Assembly: GCA_040235515.1 (NCBI GenBank)
Contig: JBECKX010000120.1
Location: 1-23,860 of the forward strand
Origin: Candidatus Zixiibacteriota bacterium
GTDB taxonomy: Bacteria; Zixibacteria; MSB-5A5; CAIYYT01
Reading direction: 5' to 3'
Length of the DNA: 23,860 nucleotides
Both the position numbers and the translations under genes were made by a program. Shown piece by piece: positions 1 to 8,781 of the stretch (positions are counted from its first letter, which is position 1; each line of letters begins with the position of its first letter). The notes under the pieces are model-generated. The model saw nothing but the letters and a program-made list of their open reading frames with translations. It did not search any database and was not told where the DNA came from.

Positions 1-125
1 GCTTCAGACTCAGCTGCCACGCGGTAGTACTCAAGGTGATCCTCCGGATATGTCCCGTTGAGGAAAATCATGGCGCGGAACGCCTGCTCCGGGAAATCTG
101 CACCGGATGAGATTTGTGAACTCAC
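1..125 (-). CDS. 5' portion of a gene running off the window; resembles thiamine pyrophosphokinase (ThiN-like) N-terminus
   Basis: Manual translation of the minus strand from GTG at 125 gives an open frame to the edge: VSSQISSGADFPEQAFRAMIFLNGTYPEDHLEYYRVAAESE. RAMIFLNG resembles the first strand of thiamine diphosphokinases. Only about 41 aa are visible. Confidence 0.35.
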   Translation of the reverse strand, partial: MSSQISSGADFPEQAFRAMIFLNGTYPEDHLEYYRVAAESE

Positions 126-132
126 TCTTGGA

Positions 133-161
133 TTGTCCTATCGAGTTGAAAAGTCTATAAT
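133..161 (+). promoter_or_regulatory. sigma70-type promoter for the M14 peptidase
   Basis: TTGTCC (133-138), 17-nt spacer, TATAAT (156-161). An SD (AGGAGA, 180-185) precedes ATG 193. Confidence 0.6.
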
Positions 162-192
162 CTGCCGGATCAATTTAGCAGGAGAATATCTG

Positions 193-1980
193 ATGACCAA
201 ACGGTTCTTATGGATCGGCGTGGCAGTCTTCCTGTCGTTGTTCATGATGACTACCGTCGCCACCGCTCAGGATGAGTGGTTGACCCACTATGAGATTTCC
301 GGCGATGTCGCCACACCACGTTACGATGAAACAATCGAGTTTTGCCAGCGATTGGCAGCTCACTCAGATATAGCTGAGTTTTCCGGATTCGGGCTCTCTC
401 CGCAGGGGAGGATGCTGCCACTGTTGATTATCGACAAGGATCAGGAATTTGACCCGAACGGTACCTTGACCCGGAATAAGGCGATCGTGCTGTTTCAGGC
501 CGGAATTCATGCGGGAGAAATCGAAGGCAAGGACGCGGGCCTGATGCTGATCCGCGACATCCTGGTTCGAGAACAAAACCGTAACCTGCTCGACAGCGTC
601 GTTATCCTCTTCATCCCGATCTTCAACGTCGATGGTCACGAACGGTTCGGACCCTACAACCGCGTCAACCAGAACGGTCCGGAGGAGATGGGCTGGCGTA
701 CAACGGCGCAGAACTACAACCTGAATCGCGACTTCGCCAAGGCTGATACTCCAGAGATGAAGGGCTGGTTGTCGATGTTCTCCTACTGGCTGCCCGACCT
801 GCTGGTTGACATCCATACCACCAACGGCGCAGACTACCAGTATGTGATCACCTATGCCACCGAGTCGAATCTGAACGTTGCCGAACCTCTGCGCAGCTGG
901 ACGGCGGACGAATTCGTCCCCGAAATCAAGGAGCGCATGGAGGGCTCCGCTTTCTCATTCATCCCCTATGTCGTCCCCCGTAAGGACCATGATGTAAGAA
1001 CCGGTCTGATTCACTGGACCGGTGGTCCGCGCTACTCCAACGGCTATGGTGCCGCTCAGAATCGCCCCTTCATGCTGATCGAAACGCATATGCTGAAACC
1101 TTACAAGCAGCGCGTGAAATCAGTTTATGAACTGATGCGACACGTGCTCGGGTTTGCCGCAGAACATACTTCCAGACTCAAACAGGTGATGCGAGAAAGT
1201 GACAGGGTTACTGCTGAGAATTTCGTCGGCAGTTACTTCCCACTCGCCTTCAAAAACGACACCAGCGACAGCACGATGATCGATTTTTACGGTGTGGAAA
1301 TGCTGAAGGAGAAGTCGGAGGTCTCCGGCGGACAGCGCATCACCTGGACAGGCGCCGCCAGACAATACCGCATCCCCTATTTCGACAAGAATACTCCGTC
1401 GGATTCCGCGCGGATTCCGGTAGCGTATCTGATCCCGGCGGAGTGGAGTGACCTGATCGCGCGACTGCAATTCCACGGGATCAAAGTGGACTACCTTTCA
1501 GAGCCGGTTGAGCTTCCGATCAGCACTTACCGTTTCTCGAATGTCGAGTTCAACAAAGAATCGTACGAAGGCCATCAGACTGTCAAAGCTGATCGCGAGG
1601 ATATCAGCGCTACCCGTACGTATCCGGCAGGTACGGCGGTTGTGCGGATGAACCAGCGCACCGCCAGAATCGCGGCGTGCCTGCTCGAGCCGGGCAGCAG
1701 CGACTCCTTCTTCAGATGGGGGATGATGAATAACATCCTGGAAGAGAAGGAGTATGTCGAGGATTACGTGATGGAGAAGATCGCCGCTGAGATGCTGGCA
1801 GCTGACGTCGGGCTCAAGGCGGAGTTTGAGCAGAGACTGCAATCGGATGCCGAATTCGCCAAAGACCCGAAACAGCGACTGCGTTTTTTCTATGAGCGTT
1901 CTCCCTATTTTGACTCGAGCTATCGCGTTTACCCGATCGGCAAGCTGATGGCGCGGATCGATCTGCCCCTCGCAGATTAG
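193..1980 (+). CDS. Secreted M14-family zinc carboxypeptidase
   Basis: Signal peptide MTKRFLWIGVAVFLSLFMMTTVATA. Zinc motif GIHAGE (HxxE), NVDGHE, NLNRDF and VDIH. Start moved from 58 to ATG 193 on the basis of the SD and promoter. Confidence 0.88.
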   Translation: MTKRFLWIGVAVFLSLFMMTTVATAQDEWLTHYEISGDVATPRYDETIEFCQRLAAHSDIAEFSGFGLSPQGRMLPLLIIDKDQEFDPNGTLTRNKAIVLFQAGIHAGEIEGKDAGLMLIRDILVREQNRNLLDSVVILFIPIFNVDGHERFGPYNRVNQNGPEEMGWRTTAQNYNLNRDFAKADTPEMKGWLSMFSYWLPDLLVDIHTTNGADYQYVITYATESNLNVAEPLRSWTADEFVPEIKERMEGSAFSFIPYVVPRKDHDVRTGLIHWTGGPRYSNGYGAAQNRPFMLIETHMLKPYKQRVKSVYELMRHVLGFAAEHTSRLKQVMRESDRVTAENFVGSYFPLAFKNDTSDSTMIDFYGVEMLKEKSEVSGGQRITWTGAARQYRIPYFDKNTPSDSARIPVAYLIPAEWSDLIARLQFHGIKVDYLSEPVELPISTYRFSNVEFNKESYEGHQTVKADREDISATRTYPAGTAVVRMNQRTARIAACLLEPGSSDSFFRWGMMNNILEEKEYVEDYVMEKIAAEMLAADVGLKAEFEQRLQSDAEFAKDPKQRLRFFYERSPYFDSSYRVYPIGKLMARIDLPLAD

Positions 1981-2079
1981 ACTGCCGGTAATGCCCGCAG
2001 CGATGGCAATCGGTGATTGAGACTTGACCCGCCGCACCGAACTTACGGCAGGCGAGTGTGATTGACAGCAGGAGGCAGG

Positions 2080-2739
2080 ATGCTCTTCGATCCGATCAAC
2101 AAAGTCAATGATGCGCACTTCCACGGTACAAAGCTGCCGGCAGAGGAACGCGAGAAAATTGCAGCCGCGATCGCACAACAACTTGGACAACCGGGCTCTT
2201 ACGCCGGGATGTTTGCCCCCACCGCTGCGGAATTGTCCAAGGGCATAAACCTCTTCACCGGAGAGCGCGTGCAACCGAGTGCTTCGCTGCGTCATGTCTA
2301 TGGTGAGGAAGCCTGCCGCGCGATGCTGCTCCTTGATCCGAAGGAGTCGAAGTCGCGTGCCGCGGCAAAGCAAGCCTCTGAGGCATTTCTCTTACATCTT
2401 CGGACGATTGCTCCCAACAAGCATGGCATGTTCTGCTGCGGCACCTGTGATCCCGCACTCTGGCGTCATATCTCCGCTGGCGGGCTCAAGGGTGAGGAAG
2501 ACTGGATAAAGTTTGGCCTAAAGGCACTCCATGCACACCGGCACACTGATGGCAGGTGGCGTCGATTTCCATTCTTTTACACTCTCTACGCACTGACTGA
2601 GATTGACCTGCCCGAGGCGAGACGCGAAATGAAGTATTCGGCGCGAGAATGCGAAAGATATCTGAAGCGCGCGAAATCCTCGACAGCAACCACCGTGCGT
2701 CGCAAAGCTGTAGTAGAACGCGTGCTAACTCTGACATAA
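2080..2739 (+). CDS. Hypothetical protein with a CCGTC motif
   Basis: SD GGAGG (2071-2075) before ATG 2080; about 219 aa. Contains FCCGTC and HRHTDGRWRRFPFFYTLYAL. No family recognised. Confidence 0.7.
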   Translation: MLFDPINKVNDAHFHGTKLPAEEREKIAAAIAQQLGQPGSYAGMFAPTAAELSKGINLFTGERVQPSASLRHVYGEEACRAMLLLDPKESKSRAAAKQASEAFLLHLRTIAPNKHGMFCCGTCDPALWRHISAGGLKGEEDWIKFGLKALHAHRHTDGRWRRFPFFYTLYALTEIDLPEARREMKYSARECERYLKRAKSSTATTVRRKAVVERVLTLT

Positions 2740-3867
2740 TTCGAGTAGGACAATCTCCGACCGGCTCATCGTCCTGAATGGTGGTCCCCAGGTCCCAACC
2801 CCACAGGAACAGTAGAGATTGAACTCGCCATCGGTGTGAAGGCCGTAGTCCAGCCCCTTATAGACAAGCCTCGTGATGTGGTTGAAGGGCCAGATTTGGC
2901 CTCGATGGGTATGCCCGGCCAGGTGCAGATTGACGCCATACTTCTTGAACAACTCAACCCGCCGGGGCTCATGAAACATCAGGATCGTCGGTTTATTACG
3001 GTCTAACCTCTGCAGCATCTCCTCCGGATCGCTTTTCTCTCCCATGGCGGGATACTCGACCCCCGCCAGTTGCAGCCCGTCGATTTCGACGTATTCGTTC
3101 TGCAGCAATCTGATGCGCGTGGAGTTGATGGCTTCAAGCGCTGCCTGCTGGTGGATATAGGTCTCATGATTGCCGGTGATCATGTATATGCCCAGCTCTG
3201 GTTGAAGTTGATCGAGCGGTTCGAGCAGTTTGTTCATGTTCGAGCCTCCGCCATCGAAAAGATCTCCTCCGATCAGAACCAAATCTGGATTGAGAGAATC
3301 GATGCGACTCACGACCCGCTGCAGGAATCCACTGCGCAGGATTGCGCCGAGGTGGATATCGGAGATGAAAACGACAGAACGTTTGCGCCAGATCTCCGGC
3401 AATCCCGCAATCGTGACCCTGATCGTTTTCACCTGGGGCACCATTGCGTTGCGATACGCGACCACGATCACCAACACCGAGATTCCCATGATCAGCAGCG
3501 CAATCGTGTGCGGCAGCGGTGTTTGTCCGAACGCGATCGACAGAAGTGACACGATCCCGGCAACGACCGCCCCCAACAGCAGGTAGAAAAACGCTCCTAT
3601 CCAGAGGGCGGAAAGAAAGTAGTAGGCGCGGGTAAGGAAGCTGTCCAGACCGACCACAAGCAGATTCGAAACAGGAAAACTGATCGCAAGCGCCATCATA
3701 ATCCAGAAGTAGAGATTAACTCCGGGACCGCTGTCGAGGCCAAAAAGCGCTACTGTGATCCGATAGAAGGAATAGTGCGCCCCCAGCAGGATTGCTGCGA
3801 TGATTGTGACAACTATGAGGAAAAGCCACCTCAAACGCGGCTGGTTGTTGCTTTTGGTCTGGCTCAT
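2725..3867 (-). CDS. Membrane-anchored calcineurin-like metallophosphoesterase (YkuE/YaeI-like)
   Basis: About four N-terminal TM segments, then SDIH, GGDLFD, TGNHE, FHEP and GHTHRGQIWP motifs. The start is uncertain (ATG 3867 or GTG 3906). Overlaps the convergent gene by 15 nt. Confidence 0.88.
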   Translation of the reverse strand: MSQTKSNNQPRLRWLFLIVVTIIAAILLGAHYSFYRITVALFGLDSGPGVNLYFWIMMALAISFPVSNLLVVGLDSFLTRAYYFLSALWIGAFFYLLLGAVVAGIVSLLSIAFGQTPLPHTIALLIMGISVLVIVVAYRNAMVPQVKTIRVTIAGLPEIWRKRSVVFISDIHLGAILRSGFLQRVVSRIDSLNPDLVLIGGDLFDGGGSNMNKLLEPLDQLQPELGIYMITGNHETYIHQQAALEAINSTRIRLLQNEYVEIDGLQLAGVEYPAMGEKSDPEEMLQRLDRNKPTILMFHEPRRVELFKKYGVNLHLAGHTHRGQIWPFNHITRLVYKGLDYGLHTDGEFNLYCSCGVGTWGPPFRTMSRSEIVLLELCQS

Positions 3868-3944
3868 GGCTGAAGTCGCGATTGTTCCTTCCGTTGGCTC
3901 ACCCAAACAGCACCTGTACCGGTTTTATACGCATATGCCCGGAC

Positions 3945-3978
3945 ATAAGAAAAGGCGCCGGAAACAATCCAGCGCCTT
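3945..3978 (-). terminator. Intrinsic terminator of the tetraheme cytochrome gene
   Basis: Minus strand reads AAGGCGCTGGA-ttgtt-TCCGGCGCCTT followed by TTCTTA, about 50 nt after the stop codon. Confidence 0.7.
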
Positions 3979-4028
3979 CATTGACTTCAGAATCATCTGA
4001 AAGATTCAGACTCTGACAGGGTCAGAAC

Positions 4029-4535
4029 CTATTTCTTTTCAGCTTCTTTCTTGGCATGGATAGCCTTGACGTCCTTCACGGCCTTCTCAAACTCGAAGCC
4101 CTTGAATGTCGGGGACTTCTCGTTATGACAGGTCACGCAGACTTCCTTGGTAGGCTCGATCAGGCCATTCGCCAGAGACAGTTCCTTGTCTTTCATGATC
4201 TTCTGGGATTTGTACTCAGATCCCGGACCATGACAAGCCTCGCACTGCACGCCGGTGAGCAGCTCACCATCGGCATCCTTACCGGTGGAATGACAACCAA
4301 CGCACTCTGCTTTCTTCTGCTCTTCAGGCTTCAAAGCTTCCCAGGCCTTGGCATGGACAGTCTCTGACCAGGAAGTATGCTCTGTCTTGTGACAGATTTT
4401 ACACTTCTTGTGCCCGATGAAACCGAACTCTTTTGCATCCTCTTTCTTCTCCGCTTCCTGTGCAACCACAGAACTCAGGATGAAAGCAGACGCTACCAGC
4501 GCGATAATTGCCATTAGGGTCAATTTTCTCAGCAC
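4029..4535 (-). CDS. Periplasmic tetraheme cytochrome c (cytochrome c554-like domain)
   Basis: Sec signal peptide and four CxxCH motifs (CKICH, CVGCH, CEACH, CVTCH), including GVQCEACHGPGS typical of the c554-like family. GTG start with SD GGAGG. Confidence 0.88.
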   Translation of the reverse strand: MLRKLTLMAIIALVASAFILSSVVAQEAEKKEDAKEFGFIGHKKCKICHKTEHTSWSETVHAKAWEALKPEEQKKAECVGCHSTGKDADGELLTGVQCEACHGPGSEYKSQKIMKDKELSLANGLIEPTKEVCVTCHNEKSPTFKGFEFEKAVKDVKAIHAKKEAEKK

Positions 4536-4601
4536 ACTAACCTCCTCAGGATGAATATCCCAAATCTATTGCCTTATACAAGACTCACCCTAATGGCGAT
4601 C

Positions 4602-4630
4602 AAAATATCTCCTTAATTCTTTGCCGTCAA
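4602..4630 (-). promoter_or_regulatory. sigma70-type promoter for the tetraheme cytochrome
   Basis: Minus strand TTGACG (4630-4625), 17-nt spacer, TATTTT (4607-4602). Confidence 0.5.
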
Positions 4631-4689
4631 GTCTAATTCTCACGATTTGGATTTTATTTGCAATTATCCACAACTATCACTGTAACTTC

Positions 4690-4718
4690 TTGCGTTGAAT
4701 TGAAATATCGCGTATAAT
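4690..4718 (+). promoter_or_regulatory. sigma70-type promoter facing ompA (long 5' leader)
   Basis: TTGCGT (4690-4695), 17-nt spacer, TATAAT (4713-4718). A second candidate TTGATT-17-TAACTT lies at 4846-4874. Confidence 0.5.
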
Positions 4719-5041
4719 CGTGGCAAGTTAGCGCAGAATTGACCAGATGAATTCGATACTTTTTTCACAAGAGACAGATCTGAGGGGGTGGTTCGCTTAG
4801 CTCAATTGGTATCGCTTCCTGCGGCGCAGATGCCGTAAGTTTTTGTTGATTTGAGATTAAGAAGAATTTAACTTTCGCCCTATTCTTGAGCGGGGTCTAG
4901 CTACGCCCGCTATGACTATTTGTGAATTGGGGTTAGAAGTGTTTTTTCCATGGAGGGATAACTTAAGCCACTTCAGGCAGTTTCGAAGCTATCTCATCCG
5001 GGGACTAAGAAGATTACAACCTTAGTTGGGAGGTACTGACC

Positions 5042-6541
5042 TTGCGAAAAGGAATAATATTGTTTGCGACGCTTGTATTACTCGTCGCTATCTCACTCCC
5101 GGCCCTGGCCGTCGACCAGACCGGTAGACTGGGGCTTAGTTACCGATTCGGCATTCACTCCGTACTCAAAGATCCGTGGGATCTGCGTTTCATGCATGGA
5201 GCGGAGGCCAAAATCGGCGTGCATCCACACTGGTCGGTTGGCCTGAATGGTGTCTACGCTGCCACTGAAGGCGCGTTGCTCGATCAGTCCGGTGCGATGC
5301 CTGTATTCATTGATGCTACCGAGGATGAGACCCTCAGCCTGCGCCACTACATCGCCACACTCGGGCCGATTTTCAATGCGCTGCCCGATAATGAGCAGAT
5401 GAACCTCTATCTGACCGCCGGCGCCGGTATCGGTTACTACGTTATCAAGGATTCCAATGGTAACAAGGTGCGCATCCCCGATCTCGACGGTAATATGTTT
5501 GACCTCGATGACACCCGCTTCACGATCATGTTTGGCGGTGGCTTCGAGTACTTCCTCGTCGAAAACTTCTCTCTCGGTGCGGCGGCACGCTACTATATCG
5601 CCACTGATGTCTTGTCGAAATACAAAGGCTCCGATCTGAAAGAGCCGCTCAAGGAATCAGACGCGCTCGATCTGCCGACCGGCTTGTTCGAGTTCGGTGC
5701 AGTCGCCACAGTTTATTTTGGCAAGTGTAAAGATTCAGACCGGGACGGCGTCTGCGATGATGACGACCAGTGCCCGGATACCCCCAAGGGTTGCAAGGTT
5801 GACGAGAACGGTTGTCCCCTTGACGCCGATGGTGATGGCGTCTGTGACGGCATCGACAAGTGTCCCGACACGCCGAAGTGTGCTAAGGTTGACCTGAATG
5901 GTTGCCCGGTCGACACCGACGGTGATGGCGTCTGGGATGGTTGCGACAAGTGCCCGAATACTCCGGCTGACTGTAAAGTGGATGCCAACGGTTGCCCGCT
6001 CGATTCGGACAATGACGGAGTCTGGGACTGCCGCGACAAGTGTCCGGATACCCGTTCCTGCTGTCGTGTAGACGCAGAGGGTTGCCCGACCGATTCGGAC
6101 AATGATGGCGTCTGCGATGGTTGTGACGAGTGCCCGGGTACCCCGGCCGGCTACCAGGTCGATGATCGTGGTTGCCCGACCGGCGTTCCGGAAATCCAGG
6201 AGACTCTCTCCTTGCAGGGTGTCGAAGGATTCGTCGTCAATACCTGGACCCTTACCGACGAGTTCAAGCAGATCCTGAATAAGGTCGCTGAGGGCTTGAA
6301 AGCCTTCCCGCACGTCAAGGTTGAAGTTCAGGGTCACACCGACATTTCCGGTACCAAAGAATGGAACCAGACCCTTTCGGACCGCCGCGCGAATTCCGTA
6401 AAGGATTATCTCGTGTCGCAGGGTGTGTCGGCTGATCGCCTGACTTCGAAGGGTTATGGCCCTGACAAGCCGAAGTATGACAACAGCACGCCGATCGGCC
6501 GTTCCAAGAACCGCCGCGTCGAGCTTGTGCGCGTCAACTAA
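5042..6541 (+). CDS. OmpA/OprF-family outer membrane protein: beta-barrel, thrombospondin type-3 repeats and peptidoglycan-binding OmpA C-domain
   Basis: Signal peptide, amphipathic beta-strands, five DxDxDGVxDxxDxCP repeats, and C-terminal VQGHTD...NQTLSDRRA...GYG...NRRVE. TTG start with SD GGAGG (5029-5033). Confidence 0.92.
   Translation: MRKGIILFATLVLLVAISLPALAVDQTGRLGLSYRFGIHSVLKDPWDLRFMHGAEAKIGVHPHWSVGLNGVYAATEGALLDQSGAMPVFIDATEDETLSLRHYIATLGPIFNALPDNEQMNLYLTAGAGIGYYVIKDSNGNKVRIPDLDGNMFDLDDTRFTIMFGGGFEYFLVENFSLGAAARYYIATDVLSKYKGSDLKEPLKESDALDLPTGLFEFGAVATVYFGKCKDSDRDGVCDDDDQCPDTPKGCKVDENGCPLDADGDGVCDGIDKCPDTPKCAKVDLNGCPVDTDGDGVWDGCDKCPNTPADCKVDANGCPLDSDNDGVWDCRDKCPDTRSCCRVDAEGCPTDSDNDGVCDGCDECPGTPAGYQVDDRGCPTGVPEIQETLSLQGVEGFVVNTWTLTDEFKQILNKVAEGLKAFPHVKVEVQGHTDISGTKEWNQTLSDRRANSVKDYLVSQGVSADRLTSKGYGPDKPKYDNSTPIGRSKNRRVELVRVN
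5732..6181 (+). repeat. Five tandem 90-nt (30-aa) TSP3 calcium-binding repeats within ompA
   Basis: Units begin DSDRDGV, DADGDGV, DTDGDGV, DSDNDGV and DSDNDGV; each ends VDxxGCPx. Confidence 0.9.
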
Positions 6542-6593
6542 GAAGGTCTGACAGAGCCGACTAACGGTTACTACTCTTAGTCCCTAATTCAGC

Positions 6594-6649
6594 GAGCGCC
6601 GATTCTGCTCTCCCTAACCGGAGATGCAGGGTCGGCGCTCTTCTTTTTT
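6594..6649 (+). terminator. Intrinsic terminator after ompA
   Basis: GAGCGCCGATTCTGC...GCAGGGTCGGCGCTC long stem with an inner TCTCC/GGAGA stem, followed by TTCTTTTTT. Confidence 0.8.
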
Positions 6650-6826
6650 GCGCTACCAAATTGGCCTGGGCACATTTTTCGAGCTTGCTAAGATAGAGCA
6701 CTAGCCCTATTTTATTATTGAAATCAATATCATAAAGATACGATGTGGTTCGCCTGCGCCGATCTACCGAGTGTCCTCACCTGATTCTGCATCGCGGGGA
6801 ATCCCACAGGCCTGAAGGAGAGCACC

Positions 6827-8422
6827 ATGAATCACCGCATCAGCGCATTAGCCCTGGTGATCGTGTTGGTGGTTAGTTTCTCAATCGCGCCCGCTCAGAC
6901 CCCCAGAGCGGCGTTGCTTGAAGTGTCACCAACCGCATTCCTCTACCCATTCAATACTCAGCCCCTGGCGCCGACGCCTACTCAGTCCATCACGGTCACA
7001 AACGTAGGCGACGTCAGTACTGAGGTATCCGTTTCTGTAACTTACTATTCCGGCGCACTCTGGCTTGACCTTGTATCCAGCCCCACATTTACGATTCCCC
7101 CCGGCGAGGAGAACAGCGCCAATGTTGACTTCATTGCCACCGGGCCGGTCAGCGAAGGACTCTACCAGGCAGAGCTCCAGCTTACCTATGATGACGGTGC
7201 CCTGCGTTCGCCGGTAGTAGTCGATATTCCCATCGACCTCTACTGCTTCTCGACCTTCTGTCTGCCGGAAAATCAAGAAGTGCGGACCGGACAGATTCGC
7301 CTGGGAGTGAACGCGGCTTCCGAAATTGCCGCAGGCGATGTTGCCGGAGGTAATGCCTACACATATTTCAGCGATGGCGCATCGTACCTGAGTGAAGGCT
7401 ACCTCGTAATCGGTAACTCGGCGACCAACCTTTCTTACTCGACCTTCAAAGAAGGTCTGACTCCTGATCCGCAACTGCTGGCCGAATCCGACAATCCCTA
7501 TGGCTATCTCTATGCAAAGGATTGCGATATGCTGGTCGATTCGACCGCGTTCGTGGCATATCGGATTGCATCGGGCAAAGGTGTGAATCGAGATTCGACG
7601 ATTGAGTATAGTTGCACCTACTATGCACCAAAGTTCCCCGGGGATAACAACGCTGAGTTCTTCGTGTTGAAGTTTGAACTATATGCCGGCGAGAATTTCT
7701 CTGCAGATATCACCGGTCTCAACATCGGTTACTTCGTCGATTGGGATGTCCCGGACGCTACCGGAAATGTCTCAGAGTTCAGTGGAAGCCCGCTGGCGCT
7801 GGTTTTCCAGGGGGGAGACACAGATCCGCAACGTTGGGCTGCAGTTTCAGTCTTCCCAAGAAACGATGTGCCGCTCGCCGGAAAAGTCTTCGAAAACGAC
7901 ACGTACATTTATCCGGATGGAACATGGGAAAACGACTCGCTCTGGAATTGGCTCAGCAGCAGCGGCCCGCTCCCGGATTATTCGTACGAGGCAAGCGATC
8001 CCGATTCGATCGAGGATCTGAGCGCGTTGTTTGTCGGCTACAGGGATGTGACCCTGACCGCAAGCGATACGCTTCCGCTCTATGTCTTCCTTGCCAGTGA
8101 AGACTCTGATGCTTCGGGAGGATTGAGTTCGGTCGATCTCCTCGAAACACTTGAGCTTGCATACTTCTTCGCCTGTGATCACGAGTTGGCCCCTGAGTGT
8201 GTACTGTGCGAGCCGGAATGCTTCTGTGGTGACTGCAACAATGATGGTGTTATCTCCATTGCGGATGCCGCTTGCTTAGTGCAGGTGATTTTCGGCGGGC
8301 AGGAGATACCCAACCCTCCCTGCCTGGGAGATGCGGACGGAAGTTCGAGTATCTCTATCGGTGACGCAGTCTATATAATCAACTACATCTTTGGAGGTGG
8401 CCCGGCACCCCATTGTCCTTGA
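6827..8422 (+). CDS. Secreted acidic beta-rich protein with C-terminal dockerin type I-like domain
   Basis: SD AAGGAG and a signal peptide. The N-terminal segment looks Ig-like (SITVTNVG...WL). The C-terminus has duplicated EF-hand-like GDCNNDGVISIADA and [28 protein letters not shown]. Confidence 0.8.
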   Translation: MNHRISALALVIVLVVSFSIAPAQTPRAALLEVSPTAFLYPFNTQPLAPTPTQSITVTNVGDVSTEVSVSVTYYSGALWLDLVSSPTFTIPPGEENSANVDFIATGPVSEGLYQAELQLTYDDGALRSPVVVDIPIDLYCFSTFCLPENQEVRTGQIRLGVNAASEIAAGDVAGGNAYTYFSDGASYLSEGYLVIGNSATNLSYSTFKEGLTPDPQLLAESDNPYGYLYAKDCDMLVDSTAFVAYRIASGKGVNRDSTIEYSCTYYAPKFPGDNNAEFFVLKFELYAGENFSADITGLNIGYFVDWDVPDATGNVSEFSGSPLALVFQGGDTDPQRWAAVSVFPRNDVPLAGKVFENDTYIYPDGTWENDSLWNWLSSSGPLPDYSYEASDPDSIEDLSALFVGYRDVTLTASDTLPLYVFLASEDSDASGGLSSVDLLETLELAYFFACDHELAPECVLCEPECFCGDCNNDGVISIADAACLVQVIFGGQEIPNPPCLGDADGSSSISIGDAVYIINYIFGGGPAPHCP

Positions 8423-8781
8423 CCCGGGCGCGGCTCCCTATAGCCGCCCCGGCATGAGCGCTGCGTAGTATTCGGCGAGGATTCTGGCGGCCTCGAATTG
8501 CATATCCTTTAATCCATTGAAAAGGTGGGGCTGCTCAATGCCAGGGATGTTGTCACTTTAACATTTCTTTGCCATCCAATTCTGAAGAGCGACGTATAAC
8601 GAAATGAGAATCAGATGTTGGGCCGATTTGTAAGTCGGCACAACGATAACGGGGGGTGACTGACTTTCCGCGGTAGTTGTCCATGCCTGCCGTTCAGTGC
8701 GAGATGCTCGATCCACAGCATTAAGACAATCTGTGCCGGGCAGCAGAGATTTTCATAGTTCATTCATTTTTGAGACTCCAG

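Noticed and set aside
58..192. N-terminal extension of the M14 peptidase ORF from TTG 58
   Set aside because: It lies upstream of the promoter and SD, would bury the signal peptide, and overlaps a probable divergent gene.
4536..5041. Replication origin (oriC)
   Set aside because: Only one perfect and one relaxed DnaA box are present, with no dnaA, dnaN or gidA nearby.
5713..6337. Repetitive antisense ORFs (5713-6102, 5735-6337) and a possible CRISPR-like periodic array
   Set aside because: The periodicity is the 90-nt in-frame TSP3 coding repeat of ompA. There are no invariant repeats with unique spacers.
8604..8756. Assignment to 6S RNA, RNase P, SRP RNA or a known riboswitch
   Set aside because: The recalled consensus motifs of these families are absent, so it is kept only as an unassigned candidate RNA.
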